Source of the DNA: a virus
Taxonomy: Duplodnaviria; Heunggongvirae; Uroviricota; Caudoviricetes
IMG/VR virus record: IMGVR_UViG_2693429554_000017
Strand: one strand, 5' to 3'
Length of the DNA: 30,211 bases
The notes under the pieces were generated by a model. It saw only the letters and a list, made by a program, of their open reading frames with translations. It had not been told where the DNA came from and did not search any database. Positions 7,892 to 17,990 of this stretch are shown in pieces; positions within the stretch are counted from its first letter, which is position 1; every line of letters begins with the position of its first letter. The position numbers and the translations under genes were made by a program.

Positions 7892-9663
7892 CAGTAAAAC
7901 TCCAGAATGGTGGATGTCAGCGGGGTGCTGATACCGGCGGTGAGTGGCTCATTTAACAGGGCGTGCATGGTCGCCCAGGCGAGGTCGGCGTGGCTGGCTT
8001 CCTCGCTGCGGCTGGCCTCATAGGTGGCGCTGCGTCCGCTGCTGGTCATGGTCTTGCGGATAGCCATAAACGAGCTGGTGATGTCGGTGGCGCTGACGTC
8101 ATATTCCAGACAGCCACGGCGGATAACGTCTTTTGCCTTGAGCACCATTGCGGTTTTCATTTCCGGCGTGTAGCGGATATCGCGCGCGGCGGGATAGAAC
8201 GAGCGCACGAGCTGGAACACACCGACACCGAGGCCGGTGGCATCAATCCCGATGTATTCAACGTTATATTTTTCGGTGAGTTTGCGGATGGATTCCGCCT
8301 GAGTGGCAAAGTCCATGCCTTTCCACTGGTGACGCTCAAGTATCCTGAATTTGCCACCGGCCACCACCGGCGGTGCCAGTACCACGCATCCGGCGCTGTC
8401 GCCACGGTGTGACGGGTCGTAACCAATCCATACCGGGCGGGAACCGAACGGATTTGCGGCAAAGGGTGCATAGTCTTCCCATTCTTCCAGCGTGTCGACC
8501 ATGCAGCGTTGCAGCTCCTCGAACGGGAACACCGACGCCTTGTCGTCAACAAATTCACACATGAACAGGTTTTTAAAATCGTCGGCGCTGTTTTCGCGTT
8601 TAAGCTGCTCAATGTCGAACAATGTGCAGCCGCCTTTCAGGGCGTCCTCAATGGTGACAATCTGCCGCCACTGGCCGTCCGCACAGAGAAGCCCGCCGGC
8701 AAGGGCGTTATGACTGACGTCGATTTCCACGCGTTCGGCGGCGCTGGCGCGTCCCCGGTTAAACAGCTCACCCGACCAGAACGGGTAGGCGTCGTGCGCC
8801 AGCGTGGACGGAGTGGAGAAATAGGTCGAGCGCAGGTGACTCTGTGAGGCCATACCTGATGCCACCTTACGCAGTACCTGAAAATTCGGGATCCAGAAAA
8901 TCTCGTCGACGTACAGGTCGCCGTTATGGCTCTGCGCGGTGTTGGAGTTGGTGCCGAGAAAAATCAGTTTTGCGCCGTTATTGCCCAGGACAATCGGGTC
9001 ACCGGTCAGGTCAACGTCAACCAGACGGGCAAAGGCGATGATGTATTCGCGGAACACATACGCCTGCGTTTTACTGGCCGACAGAAAAATCTGGTTATGA
9101 CCGGTTTTCAGGGCGCGCAGCAGCGCCTCGCGGGAAAAATAAAACGTTGCGCCAATCTGGCGGGATTTCAGGATATCGCGGATGCGGTGCTCAAGCCCGG
9201 CGCGATACCAGTGCAACTGATAGTCGAAAGACTGCTCAAAGAAAATCTGCTCCAGCTTTTCGATGGCCTCGTCACTGAAAAAATTCTTTTTCGGTTTACG
9301 ACGCCCACCTTTGTTGCGGTTAGCGACGTTCGGATTAAGGTCTGCTTCGTTGCCGGTCTGACTGTAGCGGTTGACCCGTGCCAGTCGTTCAATCTGGCGT
9401 CCCAGCAGGTCAATTTCCTTGAAGTCACCGCCGGTTTTCTGCGGTTTGATGATGAGCTGGGTCAGTCGCGCTTCCAGACTCATTTCGACACGGCTGATGG
9501 GGGCAACACTGTCCCAGCCGTCGCGCTGTTTCCAGCTCTGCACCGTCGGGCGTTTCATCTGCAACATGGCGGCAATCTGCGGCACGGAAAATCCCTGCCA
9601 GTACAGCAGCGCCGCCTGACGACGCGGGTCGTGTAAAAGAGTGGTGTCTGTGGTGATGGTCAT
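7891..9663 (-). CDS. P: terminase large (ATPase) subunit
   Basis: ORF 7891..9693; preferred start ATG 9663-9661 (MTITTDTT...) with GAGG upstream. About 590 aa. Divergent from O. Confidence 0.9.
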   Translation of the reverse strand: MTITTDTTLLHDPRRQAALLYWQGFSVPQIAAMLQMKRPTVQSWKQRDGWDSVAPISRVEMSLEARLTQLIIKPQKTGGDFKEIDLLGRQIERLARVNRYSQTGNEADLNPNVANRNKGGRRKPKKNFFSDEAIEKLEQIFFEQSFDYQLHWYRAGLEHRIRDILKSRQIGATFYFSREALLRALKTGHNQIFLSASKTQAYVFREYIIAFARLVDVDLTGDPIVLGNNGAKLIFLGTNSNTAQSHNGDLYVDEIFWIPNFQVLRKVASGMASQSHLRSTYFSTPSTLAHDAYPFWSGELFNRGRASAAERVEIDVSHNALAGGLLCADGQWRQIVTIEDALKGGCTLFDIEQLKRENSADDFKNLFMCEFVDDKASVFPFEELQRCMVDTLEEWEDYAPFAANPFGSRPVWIGYDPSHRGDSAGCVVLAPPVVAGGKFRILERHQWKGMDFATQAESIRKLTEKYNVEYIGIDATGLGVGVFQLVRSFYPAARDIRYTPEMKTAMVLKAKDVIRRGCLEYDVSATDITSSFMAIRKTMTSSGRSATYEASRSEEASHADLAWATMHALLNEPLTAGISTPLTSTILEFY

Positions 9664-9836
9664 GAATACCTCGCCGTGATGAATACACGGCAAGGCTACT
9701 GAGTCGCGCCCCGCGATTCGCTAAGGTGCTGTTGTGTCAGTGATAAGCCATCCGGGACTGATGGCGGAGGATGCGCATCGTCGGGAAACTGATGCCGACA
9801 TGTGACTCCTCTAATCACTATTCAGGACTCCTGACA

Positions 9837-10691
9837 ATGGCAAAAAAAGTCTCAAAATTCTTTCGTATCGGCGTTGAGGGTGACACCTGTGACGGGCGTG
9901 TCATCAGTGCGCAGGATATTCAGGAAATGGCCGAAACCTTTGACCCGCGTGTCTATGGTTGCCGCATTAACCTGGAACATCTGCGCGGCATCCTGCCTGA
10001 CGGTATTTTTAAACGTTATGGCGATGTGGTCGAACTGAAGGCCGAAAAGATTGACGATGATTCGGCGCTGAAAGGCAAATGGGCGCTGTTTGCGAAAATC
10101 ACCCCGACCGATGACCTTATCGCGATGAACAAGGCCGCGCAGAAGGTCTATACCTCAATGGAAATTCAGCCGAATTTTGCCAACACCGGCAAATGTTATC
10201 TGGTGGGTCTGGCCGTCACCGATGACCCGGCAAGCCTCGGCACGGAATACCTGGAATTCTGCCGCACGGCAAAACACAACCCCCTGAACCGCTTCAAATT
10301 AAGCCCTGAAAACCTGATTTCAGTGGCAACGCCTGTTGAGCTGGAATTTGAAGACCTGCCTGAAACCGTGTTCACCGCCCTGACCGAAAAGGTGAAATCC
10401 ATTTTTGGCCGCAAACAGGCCAGCGATGACGCCCGTCTGAATGATGTGCATGAAGCAGTGACCGCTGTTGCTGAACATGTGCAGGAAAAACTGAGCGCCA
10501 CTGAGCAGCGCCTTGCTGAGATGGAAACTGCCTTTTCAGCACTTAAGCAGGAGGTGACTGACAAGGCTGATGAAACCAGCCAGGCATTCACCCGCCTGAA
10601 AAACAGTCTCGACAACACCGAAAGTCTGACCCAGCAGCGCCGCAGCAAGGCCACCGGTGGTGGCGGTGACGCCCTGATGACGAACTGCTGA
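9837..10691 (+). CDS. O: capsid scaffolding protein
   Basis: ORF 9771..10691; preferred start ATG 9837 (MAKKVSKFFRIGVEGDTCDGR...), 284 aa. Acidic coiled-coil-like C-terminal half. Confidence 0.9.
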   Translation: MAKKVSKFFRIGVEGDTCDGRVISAQDIQEMAETFDPRVYGCRINLEHLRGILPDGIFKRYGDVVELKAEKIDDDSALKGKWALFAKITPTDDLIAMNKAAQKVYTSMEIQPNFANTGKCYLVGLAVTDDPASLGTEYLEFCRTAKHNPLNRFKLSPENLISVATPVELEFEDLPETVFTALTEKVKSIFGRKQASDDARLNDVHEAVTAVAEHVQEKLSATEQRLAEMETAFSALKQEVTDKADETSQAFTRLKNSLDNTESLTQQRRSKATGGGGDALMTNC

Positions 10692-10749
10692 CCGGCGTCA
10701 GTCAGTCCGGGAAAACCTTCACGATTAACCCTTAATTTCAGGAAAAACT

Positions 10750-11823
10750 ATGCGCCAGGAAACCCGCTTTAAATTTAATGCCTACCTGTCCCGTGTTGCC
10801 GAACTGAACGGCATCGACGCTGGTGATGTGTCGAAAAAATTCACCGTTGAACCGTCGGTCACCCAGACCCTGATGAACACCATGCAGGAGTCCTCTGATT
10901 TTCTGACCCGCATCAATATTGTGCCGGTCAGCGAAATGAAAGGGGAAAAAATTGGTATCGGTGTCACCGGCTCCATCGCCAGCACCACCGACACCGCCGG
11001 AGGCACCGAGCGTCAGCCGAAGGATTTTTCGAAGCTGGCGTCCAACAAGTACGAATGCGACCAGATTAACTTCGATTTTTATATCCGCTACAAAACGCTG
11101 GACCTGTGGGCGCGTTATCAGGATTTCCAGCTCCGTATCCGTAACGCCATTATCAAACGCCAGTCCCTTGATTTCATCATGGCCGGTTTTAACGGCGTGA
11201 AGCGTGCCGAAACCTCTGACCGCAGCAGCAATCCGATGTTACAGGATGTGGCGGTCGGCTGGCTGCAGAAATACCGCAATGAAGCCCCGGCGCGCGTGAT
11301 GAGCAAGGTCACTGACGAGGAAGGTCGCACCACCTCTGAGGTTATCCGCGTGGGTAAGGGCGGTGATTATGCCAGCCTCGATGCACTGGTGATGGATGCG
11401 ACCAACAACCTGATTGAGCCGTGGTATCAGGAAGACCCTGACCTTGTGGTGATTGTGGGGCGTCAGCTACTGGCGGACAAGTATTTCCCCATCGTTAACA
11501 AGGAGCAGGACAACAGCGAAATGCTGGCCGCTGACGTCATCATCAGCCAGAAACGCATCGGTAACCTGCCGGCGGTACGCGTCCCGTACTTCCCGGCGGA
11601 TGCGATGCTCATCACGAAGCTGGAAAACCTGTCCATCTACTACATGGATGACAGCCATCGCCGCGTGATTGAGGAAAACCCGAAACTCGACCGCGTGGAG
11701 AACTACGAGTCAATGAACATTGATTACGTGGTGGAAGACTACGCCGCCGGTTGTCTGGTGGAAAAAATCAAGGTCGGTGACTTCTCCACACCGGCTAAAG
11801 CGACCGCAGAGCCGGGAGCGTAA
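10750..11823 (+). CDS. N: major capsid protein
   Basis: 357-aa ORF, same length as P2 gpN as I recall, directly after O. Confidence 0.9.
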   Translation: MRQETRFKFNAYLSRVAELNGIDAGDVSKKFTVEPSVTQTLMNTMQESSDFLTRINIVPVSEMKGEKIGIGVTGSIASTTDTAGGTERQPKDFSKLASNKYECDQINFDFYIRYKTLDLWARYQDFQLRIRNAIIKRQSLDFIMAGFNGVKRAETSDRSSNPMLQDVAVGWLQKYRNEAPARVMSKVTDEEGRTTSEVIRVGKGGDYASLDALVMDATNNLIEPWYQEDPDLVVIVGRQLLADKYFPIVNKEQDNSEMLAADVIISQKRIGNLPAVRVPYFPADAMLITKLENLSIYYMDDSHRRVIEENPKLDRVENYESMNIDYVVEDYAAGCLVEKIKVGDFSTPAKATAEPGA

Positions 11824-11826
11824 CCG

Positions 11827-12564
11827 ATGACGAGTCCCGCACAGCGCCACATGATGCGGGTCTCGGCAGCGATGACCGCGCAGCGGGAAGCCGCCCCGCT
11901 GCGACATGCAACTGTCTATGAGCAGATGCTGGTTAAGCTCGCCGCAGACCAGCGCACACTGAAAGCGATTTATTCAAAAGAGCTGAAGGCCGCGAAAAAA
12001 CGCGAACTGCTGCCGTTCTGGTTGCCGTGGGTGAACGGCGTGCTGGAGCAGGGCAAAGGTGCACAGGATGACATTCTGATGACGGTCATGCTGTGGCGTC
12101 TGGATACCGGCGATATTGCCGGTGCGCTGGAGATTGCCCGTTATGCCCTGAAGTACGGTCTGACCATGCCGGGTAAACACCGCCGCACCCCGCCGTACAT
12201 GTTCACCGAGGAGGTGGCGCTCGCGGCCATGCGCGCTCACGCTGCCGGTGAGTCTGTGGATCCCCGCCTGCTGACGGACACCCTTGAACTGACCGCCACG
12301 GCTGACATGCCTGATGAAGTGCGCGCAAAGCTGCACAAAATCACCGGTCTGTTTCTGCGTGACGGTGGTGATGCCGCAGGTGCGCTGGCACACCTGCAAC
12401 GTGCGACACAGCTCGACTGTCAGGCAGGCGTCAAAAAAGAGATTGAACGACTGGAGCGGGAGCTGAAACCGAAGCCGGAGCCAAAAGCGGTCACCCGCGC
12501 CCCGCGTAAGACCCGGAGTGCGACACCGGCAAAACGTGGACGCCCGAAAAAGAAAGCCAGTTAA
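11827..12564 (+). CDS. M: terminase small / endonuclease subunit
   Basis: 245-aa ORF after N with a basic C-terminal tail (KRGRPKKKAS); syntenic with P2 gpM. Confidence 0.85.
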   Translation: MTSPAQRHMMRVSAAMTAQREAAPLRHATVYEQMLVKLAADQRTLKAIYSKELKAAKKRELLPFWLPWVNGVLEQGKGAQDDILMTVMLWRLDTGDIAGALEIARYALKYGLTMPGKHRRTPPYMFTEEVALAAMRAHAAGESVDPRLLTDTLELTATADMPDEVRAKLHKITGLFLRDGGDAAGALAHLQRATQLDCQAGVKKEIERLERELKPKPEPKAVTRAPRKTRSATPAKRGRPKKKAS

Positions 12565-12663
12565 CAACCGAATGCGCCCCGCGCCAGGGCGGCACGCCGG
12601 TCAGTGAGGGTGAATCACCTGACACTGCACCGGCGTCCACCGCCCGACTTTTCAGAGGTAGTC

Positions 12664-13173
12664 ATGATGACGCTGATTATTCCGCGAAAGGAGGCTCCCG
12701 TGTCCGGTGAGGGTACGGTGGTCATCCCGCAACCGGCAGGCGACGAGCCGGTGATTAAAAACACGTTCTTTTTTCCCGATATCGACCCGAAGCGCGTCCG
12801 GGAACGTATGCGCCTTGAGCAGACCGTCGCCCCCGCCCGTCTGCGAGAGGCCATCAAGTCAGGCATGGCGGAGACGAATGCGGAGCTGTACGAGTACCGC
12901 GAACAGAAAATTGCCGCCGGTTTTACGCGTCTGGCGGACGTCCCGGCGGACGACATCGACGGTGAAAGCATCAAGGTTTTTTACTACGAGCGCGCCGTGT
13001 GTGCGATGGCGACCGCGTCGCTTTATGAGCGTTATCGCGGCGTGGATGCCAGTGCGAAAGGCGACAAGAAGGCCGACAGCATAGACAGCACCATTGATGA
13101 GCTGTGGCGGGATATGCGCTGGGCGGTGGCGCGTATCCAGGACAAGCCGCGCTGCATCGTGAGTCAAATCTGA
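12664..13173 (+). CDS. L: head completion / stabilisation protein
   Basis: ORF 12604..13173; preferred start ATG 12664 (MMTLIIPRKEAP...), about 169 aa. Confidence 0.85.
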   Translation: MMTLIIPRKEAPVSGEGTVVIPQPAGDEPVIKNTFFFPDIDPKRVRERMRLEQTVAPARLREAIKSGMAETNAELYEYREQKIAAGFTRLADVPADDIDGESIKVFYYERAVCAMATASLYERYRGVDASAKGDKKADSIDSTIDELWRDMRWAVARIQDKPRCIVSQI

Positions 13174-13376
13174 TGAAGACCTTTGCGCTACAGGGCGACA
13201 CGCTCGACGCCATTTGTGTCCGGTATTACGGGCGCACTGAGGGCGTGGTTGAAGCCGTGCTCGCCGCAAATCCGGGACTGGCTGAACTGGGTGCGGTGCT
13301 GCCACACGGCACCGCCGTCGAACTGCCCGACGTTCAGACCGCGTCCGTGGCTGAAACTGTCAATCTGTGGGAGTAA
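13173..13376 (+). CDS. X: tail protein X
   Basis: ORF 13104..13376; preferred start ATG 13173 overlapping the L stop (TGATGA); 67 aa (MKTFALQGDTLDAICVRYYG...). Confidence 0.8.
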   Translation: MKTFALQGDTLDAICVRYYGRTEGVVEAVLAANPGLAELGAVLPHGTAVELPDVQTASVAETVNLWE

Positions 13377-13379
13377 CGC

Positions 13380-13661
13380 ATGACAGCAGAAGAAAAAAGC
13401 GTCCTGTCGCTTTTCATGATTGGGGTGCTGATTGTTGTCGGCAAGGTGCTTGCCGGTGGTGAACCCATCACCCCGCGTCTGTTTATCGGGCGCATGTTGC
13501 TCGGTGGTTTTGTCTCGATGGTTGCCGGTGTTGTTCTGGTGCAGTTTCCTGACCTGTCACTGCCTGCGGTGTGCGGCATCGGCTCCATGCTGGGTATCGC
13601 CGGTTATCAGGTGATTGAGATTGCCATTCAGCGCCGCTTTAAGGGCAGGGGGAAACAGTAA
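13380..13661 (+). CDS. Y: holin
   Basis: 93 aa with hydrophobic transmembrane stretches and a charged C-terminus; precedes the endolysin. Confidence 0.85.
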   Translation: MTAEEKSVLSLFMIGVLIVVGKVLAGGEPITPRLFIGRMLLGGFVSMVAGVVLVQFPDLSLPAVCGIGSMLGIAGYQVIEIAIQRRFKGRGKQ

Positions 13662-14158
13662 TGCCGGTAATTAACACGCATCAGAATATCGCGGCCTTTC
13701 TCGACATGCTGGCCGTGTCCGAAGGGACGGCGAATCATCCGCTGACGAAAAACCGGGGCTATGACGTGATAGTCACCGGACTGGACGGGAAGCCGGAAAT
13801 TTTCACCGACTACAGTGACCACCCGTTCGCGCATGGCCGACCGGCGAAGGTGTTTAACCGTCGCGGTGAAAAATCCACGGCCTCCGGTCGCTATCAGCAG
13901 CTTTACCTGTTCTGGCCGCATTACCGCAAACAGCTTGCCCTGCCGGATTTCAGTCCGTTGTCACAGGACAGACTCGCCATTCAGTTGATCCGCGAACGCG
14001 GTGCACTGGATGACATCCGGGCAGGACGCATTGAGCGCGCCATTTCCCGCTGTCGCAATATCTGGGCGTCCCTGCCGGGTGCCGGTTACGGTCAGCGTGA
14101 GCATTCACTGGAAAAACTGGTCACCGTCTGGCGTACCGCCGGCGGCGTACCGGCTTAA
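13661..14158 (+). CDS. K: endolysin (lysozyme-like)
   Basis: 165-aa ORF, same length as P2 gpK as I recall; start overlaps the holin stop (TAATG). Confidence 0.9.
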   Translation: MPVINTHQNIAAFLDMLAVSEGTANHPLTKNRGYDVIVTGLDGKPEIFTDYSDHPFAHGRPAKVFNRRGEKSTASGRYQQLYLFWPHYRKQLALPDFSPLSQDRLAIQLIRERGALDDIRAGRIERAISRCRNIWASLPGAGYGQREHSLEKLVTVWRTAGGVPA

Positions 14159-14172
14159 ACGGAGTAAACACC

Positions 14173-14598
14173 ATGAAGAAATTATCCCTTTCACTGATGC
14201 TGAACGTGTCACTGGCGCTGATGCTGGCACTGTCCCTGATTTACCCGCAGAGCGTGGCCGTCAGTTTTGTCGCTGCCTGGGCGATTCTGGCGACGGTTAT
14301 CTGTGTGGTTGCCGGTGGTGTCGGCGTGTATGCCACTGAGTATGTGCTGGAACGCTACGGGCGGGAGCTGCCGCCGGAATCGCTGGCCGTGAAGATTGTC
14401 ACGTCGCTGTTTTTACAGCCGGTGCCGTGGCGCAGACGGGCGGCGGCTCTGGTGGTGATGGTGGTGACGTTTATCTCGCTGGTCGCTGCCGGATGGATTT
14501 TTACCGCGCTGATTTATCTTGTGGCGTCGCTGTTTTTCCGGCTGATACGTAAAGCCTGTCGTCAGCGTTTTGAGGGGCGGGAACCATGTCAAAGCTGA
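14173..14598 (+). CDS. lysA: lysis accessory membrane protein LysA
   Basis: 141 aa, strongly hydrophobic with multiple predicted transmembrane segments; syntenic with P2 lysA. Confidence 0.7.
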   Translation: MKKLSLSLMLNVSLALMLALSLIYPQSVAVSFVAAWAILATVICVVAGGVGVYATEYVLERYGRELPPESLAVKIVTSLFLQPVPWRRRAAALVVMVVTFISLVAAGWIFTALIYLVASLFFRLIRKACRQRFEGREPCQS

Positions 14599-15011
14599 TG
14601 ATTGTGATGGTTGTGTTGTTATCGCTGGCGGTGGCGGGTCTGTTTCTGGCGAAGCATAAAAACGCCAGCCTGCGCACCTCACTGGACAGGGCAAACAACG
14701 TCGCCAGCGGGCAGCAGGCGACCATCACCATGCTGAAAAATCAGCTTCATGTTGCGCTCACCAGGGCAGACAAAAACGAGCTGGCGCAGGTGGCACTGCG
14801 TCAGGAACTGGAGAACGCCGCGAAGCGTGAAGCACAGCGCGAGAAAACCATCACGAGGTTACTTAATGAAAACGAAGATTTTCGCCGCTGGTACGGCGCT
14901 GAGCTGCCTGATGCTGTGCGCCGGTTGCACCAGCGTCCGGCCTGCACTGACGCCAGTGATTGTCGCCAACGCCTGCCCGAAAGTGAGCCTTTGCCCGATG
15001 CCGGGCAGTGA
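14586..15011 (+). CDS. lysB: inner-membrane spanin (Rz-like) LysB
   Basis: 141 aa with an N-terminal transmembrane anchor (MSKLMIVMVVLLSLAVAGLFLA) and a coiled-coil-like periplasmic part. Confidence 0.75.
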   Translation: MSKLMIVMVVLLSLAVAGLFLAKHKNASLRTSLDRANNVASGQQATITMLKNQLHVALTRADKNELAQVALRQELENAAKREAQREKTITRLLNENEDFRRWYGAELPDAVRRLHQRPACTDASDCRQRLPESEPLPDAGQ

Positions 15012-15156
15012 CCCGGAGACGAACGGCGATTTAAGTGCCGATATCCGGCAGCTTGAGAACGCGCTGGCACGCTGTGCCAGCCAGGTAAAAATGATTAAAC
15101 ACTGTCAGGATGAAAACGATGCTCAAACCCGACAGCCTGCGCAGGGCGCTGACTGA
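14866..15156 (+). CDS. lysC: outer-membrane lipoprotein spanin (Rz1-like) LysC
   Basis: ATG 14866 in an alternative frame starting inside lysB and running past its stop. Lipoprotein signal with lipobox (LMLCAGC); 96 aa. Confidence 0.7.
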   Translation: MKTKIFAAGTALSCLMLCAGCTSVRPALTPVIVANACPKVSLCPMPGSDPETNGDLSADIRQLENALARCASQVKMIKHCQDENDAQTRQPAQGAD

Positions 15157-15586
15157 TGCTGTCACGGTGCTGAAAACCAGTCCCGAGATGCTGCGGATAT
15201 TCGTGGATAACGGGAGTATTGCCTCCACACTGGCGACGTCGCTGTCATTTGAAAAGCGTTACACGCTCAATGTCATTGTGACCGACTTTACCGGTGATTT
15301 TGACCTGCTCATCGTGCCGGTGCTGGCGTGGCTGCGGGAAAATCAGCCCGACATCATGACCACCGACGAAGGCCAGAAAAAGGGCTTTACGTTTTATGCA
15401 GACATCAACAATGACAGCAGCTTTGATATCAGCATCAGCCTGATGCTGACCGAGCGCACGCTGGTCAGTGAGGTCGACGGCGCACTGCATGTGAAGAATA
15501 TCCCGGAACCCCCGCCGCCGGAGCCGGTCACCCGCCCGATGGAGCTGTATATCAATGGCGAACTCGTGAGTAAGTGGGATGAATGA
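15119..15586 (+). CDS. R: tail completion protein R
   Basis: ORF 15110..15586; ATG 15119 preferred (MLKPDSLRRAL...) with AGGA about 9 nt upstream; roughly 155 aa. Confidence 0.8.
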   Translation: MLKPDSLRRALTDAVTVLKTSPEMLRIFVDNGSIASTLATSLSFEKRYTLNVIVTDFTGDFDLLIVPVLAWLRENQPDIMTTDEGQKKGFTFYADINNDSSFDISISLMLTERTLVSEVDGALHVKNIPEPPPPEPVTRPMELYINGELVSKWDE

Positions 15587-16031
15587 GTTTAAGCGTTTTG
15601 AAAACCGGCTGACCGGACTGATTGAATCGCTGTCACCGTCAGGGCGTCGGCGACTGAGTGCCGAACTGGCGAAACGTCTGCGGCAGAGTCAGCAGCGTCG
15701 GGTGATGGCACAGAAAGCCCCGGACGGCACACCCTACGCGCCACGCCAGCAGCAGAGCGCCAGAAAAAAAACCGGTCGTGTTAAGCGAAAAATGTTTGCG
15801 AAACTTATCACCAGTCGTTTTTTGCATATCCGCGCCAGCCCGGAACAGGCATCAATGGAATTTTACGGCGGGAAGTCACCAAAAATCGCCAGCGTGCATC
15901 AGTTCGGCCTGTCGGAAGAAAACCGGAAAGACGGTAAGAAAATTGATTATCCGGCGCGTCCTCTGCTCGGCTTTACCGGTGAGGATGTCCAGATGATTGA
16001 AGAGATTATTCTGGCTCACCTAGACCGTTAG
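15579..16031 (+). CDS. S: tail completion / virion morphogenesis protein S
   Basis: 150-aa ORF overlapping the end of R; same length as P2 gpS as I recall. Confidence 0.85.
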   Translation: MNEFKRFENRLTGLIESLSPSGRRRLSAELAKRLRQSQQRRVMAQKAPDGTPYAPRQQQSARKKTGRVKRKMFAKLITSRFLHIRASPEQASMEFYGGKSPKIASVHQFGLSEENRKDGKKIDYPARPLLGFTGEDVQMIEEIILAHLDR

Positions 16032-16097
16032 TTGTGCCATTCCTGACACCTCATCGTCACATTGCCGCCGGTATGACCCGGCGGCATCCTTCCCGTT

Positions 16098-16733
16098 ATG
16101 AACACTCTCGCAAATATTCAGGAACTCGCGCGCGCACTGCGCAACATGATCCGCACCGGCATTATCGTCGAAACCGACCTTAACGCCGGTCGCTGCCGTG
16201 TGCAGACCGGCGGCATGTGCACCGACTGGCTTCAGTGGCTGACCCATCGCGCAGGACGTTCGCGCACATGGTGGGCACCTTCCGTGGGGGAACAGGTGCT
16301 GATTCTGGCCGTGGGTGGTGAACTCGACACGGCGTTCGTTCTGCCGGGGATTTATTCCGGTGATAACCCCGCGCCGTCTGCGTCGGCGGATGCCCTGCAT
16401 ATCCGTTTCCCTGACGGGGCGGTGATTGAGTATGAACCTGAAACCAGTGCACTCACGGTAAGCGGAATTAAAACGGCCAGCGTGACGGCTTCTGATTTTG
16501 TTACTGCCACGGTGCCGGTGGTCACGGTGAAAGCATCAACCCGCGTCACCCTGGACACGCCGGAGGTGGTCTGCACAAACAAGCTGATCACCGGCACGCT
16601 GGAAGTGCAGAAGGGCGGGACGATGCGCGGCAACATTGAACACACCGGCGGTGAACTCTCATCAAACGGTAAGGTACTGCATACCCATAAACACCCCGGC
16701 GACAGCGGCGGCACAACCGGGAGTCCTTTATGA
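16098..16733 (+). CDS. V: baseplate spike protein V
   Basis: 211-aa ORF, same length as P2 gpV as I recall; first gene of the baseplate operon. Confidence 0.9.
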   Translation: MNTLANIQELARALRNMIRTGIIVETDLNAGRCRVQTGGMCTDWLQWLTHRAGRSRTWWAPSVGEQVLILAVGGELDTAFVLPGIYSGDNPAPSASADALHIRFPDGAVIEYEPETSALTVSGIKTASVTASDFVTATVPVVTVKASTRVTLDTPEVVCTNKLITGTLEVQKGGTMRGNIEHTGGELSSNGKVLHTHKHPGDSGGTTGSPL

Positions 16734-17077
16734 CAGCGCGTTATCTCGGAATGAATTGCAGTGATGGCCTGACTGTCACTGACCTTGAGCATATCAGCCA
16801 GAGTATCGGCGATATCCTGCGCACACCGGTCGGCTCACGGGTGATGCGTCGTGATTACGGCTCGTTGCTGGTGTCAATGATTGACCAGCCGCAGACCCCG
16901 GCGCTTGAGTTGCAGATTAAGGTCGCCTGTTACATGGCAGTGCTGAAATGGGAACCCCGCGTCACCCTGTCATCCGTCACCACTGAGCGCAGTTTTGACG
17001 GGCGAATGACGGTCACGTTAACCGGCCAGCACAACGACACCGGCCAGCCACTTTCGTTAACCATCCCTGTGAGTTGA
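16730..17077 (+). CDS. W: baseplate wedge protein W
   Basis: 115 aa, start overlaps the V stop (ATGA); syntenic with P2 gpW. Confidence 0.85.
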   Translation: MTARYLGMNCSDGLTVTDLEHISQSIGDILRTPVGSRVMRRDYGSLLVSMIDQPQTPALELQIKVACYMAVLKWEPRVTLSSVTTERSFDGRMTVTLTGQHNDTGQPLSLTIPVS

Positions 17078-17081
17078 AACC

Positions 17082-17990
17082 ATGCCGATTATCGACCTGA
17101 ACCAGCTACCCGCACCGGATGTGGTCGAGGAGCTGGACTTTGAAACCATTCTCGCCGAACGCAAGGCGACACTGATTTCCCTTTACCCGGAAGACCAGCA
17201 GGAGGCGGTCACCCGTACCCTGACGCTGGAATCTGAGCCTCTCGTCAAACTGCTGGAGGAAAATGCTTATCGTGAGCTTATCTGGCGTCAGCGTGTGAAT
17301 GAGGCCGCACGGGCGGTGATGCTGGCCTGTGCTGCCGGTAATGACCTTGATGTGATTGGTGCCAATTACAACACCACACGCCTGATTATCACCCCGGCAG
17401 ATGATTCGACCCTCCCGCCGACACCGGCCGTGATGGAATCTGACACCGATTATCGTCTGCGTATTCAGCAGGCATTTGAGGGCTTAAGCGTCGCCGGGTC
17501 GGTGGGAGCCTATCAGTATCATGGCCGCAGTGCCGACGGGCGTGTCGCGGATATCTCTGTCACCAGTCCGTCTCCGGCCTGCGTCACTATCTCTGTGCTG
17601 TCACGTGAAAATAACGGCGTCGCATCCGAAGACCTGCTGGCCGTGGTGCGTAACGCCCTTAATGGCGAGGACGTCAGACCGGTGGCCGACCGCGTGACCG
17701 TACAGTCTGCCGCCATTGTTGAATACCAGATAAACGCCACGCTTTACCTTTACCCTGGTCCCGAAAGCGAACCCATCCGCGCTGCTGCCGTGAAAAAACT
17801 GGAAGCGTACATCACGGCACAGCACCGGCTGGGGCGCGACATCCGTCTGTCTGCCATTTATGCCGCTTTGCATGTGGAAGGCGTGCAGCGTGTCGAGCTG
17901 GCCGCACCACTGGTCGACATTGTGCTCAACAGTACGCAGGCGTCTTTCTGCACCGAATACAGCGTCGTGACCGGAGGCTCGGATGAGTGA
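17082..17990 (+). CDS. J: baseplate wedge protein J
   Basis: 302-aa ORF, same length as P2 gpJ as I recall. Confidence 0.9.
   Translation: MPIIDLNQLPAPDVVEELDFETILAERKATLISLYPEDQQEAVTRTLTLESEPLVKLLEENAYRELIWRQRVNEAARAVMLACAAGNDLDVIGANYNTTRLIITPADDSTLPPTPAVMESDTDYRLRIQQAFEGLSVAGSVGAYQYHGRSADGRVADISVTSPSPACVTISVLSRENNGVASEDLLAVVRNALNGEDVRPVADRVTVQSAAIVEYQINATLYLYPGPESEPIRAAAVKKLEAYITAQHRLGRDIRLSAIYAALHVEGVQRVELAAPLVDIVLNSTQASFCTEYSVVTGGSDE

Noticed and set aside
8926-9636. 236-aa plus-strand ORF antisense to the terminase large subunit, and similar long antisense ORFs (e.g. 17601..18212, 25640..26329, 27147..27719, 11974..12567).
   Set aside because: They lie entirely inside well-supported GC-rich structural genes on the opposite strand, have no SD or promoter context and low-complexity Arg/Ala/Ser-rich products; typical shadow ORFs.
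9664-9836. Ogr-responsive late promoter motifs (TGT-N12-ACA) in the P/O divergent region and upstream of V and FI.
   Set aside because: Looked by eye but found only approximate matches with wrong spacing (e.g. TGT-N10-ACA at 16034); not confident enough to annotate without a motif scan.
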